Source of the DNA: Candidatus Bathyarchaeota archaeon
Lineage (GTDB): Archaea > Thermoproteota > Bathyarchaeia > Bathyarchaeales > Bathycorpusculaceae
Assembly (NCBI GenBank): GCA_963811105.1
Contig: CAWEPZ010000011.1
Span: 960,001 to 1,024,000, forward strand
Reading direction: 5' to 3'
Length of the DNA: 64,000 bases
Program-made: the position numbers and the translations under genes
Notes under the pieces: generated by a model
The model's database searches: none
What the model saw: the letters and a program-made list of their open reading frames with translations, nothing else
Told to the model about the DNA's origin: nothing
Shown: positions 63,578 to 64,000 of the stretch, piece by piece
Layout: each line of letters starts with the position of its first letter
Position numbering within the stretch: the stretch's first letter is position 1

Positions 63578-64000
63578 CTACCCTAAATCTTCGGTTCCAA
63601 TCCTTCTACTATCTTTGAGAGAGTCAAGAAACAACTCTTCACCCCAAGCTAGGGCTTCTTGGTTAAGCGATATGAGGTCCACGCTGTAATCGTATGCTCC
63701 ATTAAGATCAAAAAGACCTAAGGAGAAATTTTTTTCAGTAACAGTTAAGGCAACTTTCAAATTCTCTTTTAAATAAATTTTCAACCTTTCATCTTCAAAG
63801 TCCTTTTTCAAGGAATCCAATTTTGCTAAACTCAGAGTCTTTTCCAGAACTGCTTTTGTAAGTATTAATTCAACTTGATTACCTTGGCTGAGTAAATGTT
63901 CGATTACCGGCACGTAGTCTGGGTGAAATATTGGAGAGATTCCCCTTATCCGCTTTGACGTTAGTAGAATCTGCAAAAAGGCTTTGTGAACCTTGCTCAA
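63578..64000 (-). CDS. DUF1724/FilR1-type archaeal regulator, C-terminal part (starts beyond the window)
   Basis: GISPIFHP...VELILT...LTVTE..SLGLF..G.YD...ALAWGEELF. Confidence 0.75.
   Translation of the reverse strand: MSKVHKAFLQILLTSKRIRGISPIFHPDYVPVIEHLLSQGNQVELILTKAVLEKTLSLAKLDSLKKDFEDERLKIYLKENLKVALTVTEKNFSLGLFDLNGAYDYSVDLISLNQEALAWGEELFLDSLKDSRRIGTEDLG

Overview
This is an archaeal accessory region, most likely from a Bathyarchaeia-type genome. That assignment is inferred from GGTGA/GGAGG ribosome-binding sites, three paralogous ~870-aa PQQ-like beta-propeller surface proteins and typical small hypothetical proteins. There is no rRNA, intact tRNA or CRISPR array. Two candidate peptide/protein-modification systems stand out. 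(1) At 40.9-46.3 kb lie a SPASM radical SAM enzyme, a 152-aa putative precursor with three tandem TP[VL]CSSCGNDCP cores, a B12-dependent radical SAM enzyme, and a duplicated precursor scaffold that has lost the cores and is apparently fused to a class I methyltransferase. (2) At 50.9-53.5 kb a B12-dependent radical SAM enzyme is co-operonic with a 244-aa protein carrying four spaced EPAH/EPAQ motifs. Other notable items are a truncated viperin-like gene abutting a 2.15-kb segment bounded by 37-bp inverted repeats with a dif-like site, and a dispersed intergenic repeat family (A-run/GGG, a GG(T/A)GATATC(A/T)CC palindrome, then a tRNA T-arm). There are also tRNA-Cys 3' halves directly behind two VapBC pairs, an intact ISH3-type IS with 17-bp TIRs and a 5-bp TSD, a ~1,680-aa repeat adhesin, a bacterial-type ClpB, a Zn-finger-less DnaJ and two GH13 amylases. 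Many single-base indels suggest assembly consensus errors, so pseudogene calls are provisional.
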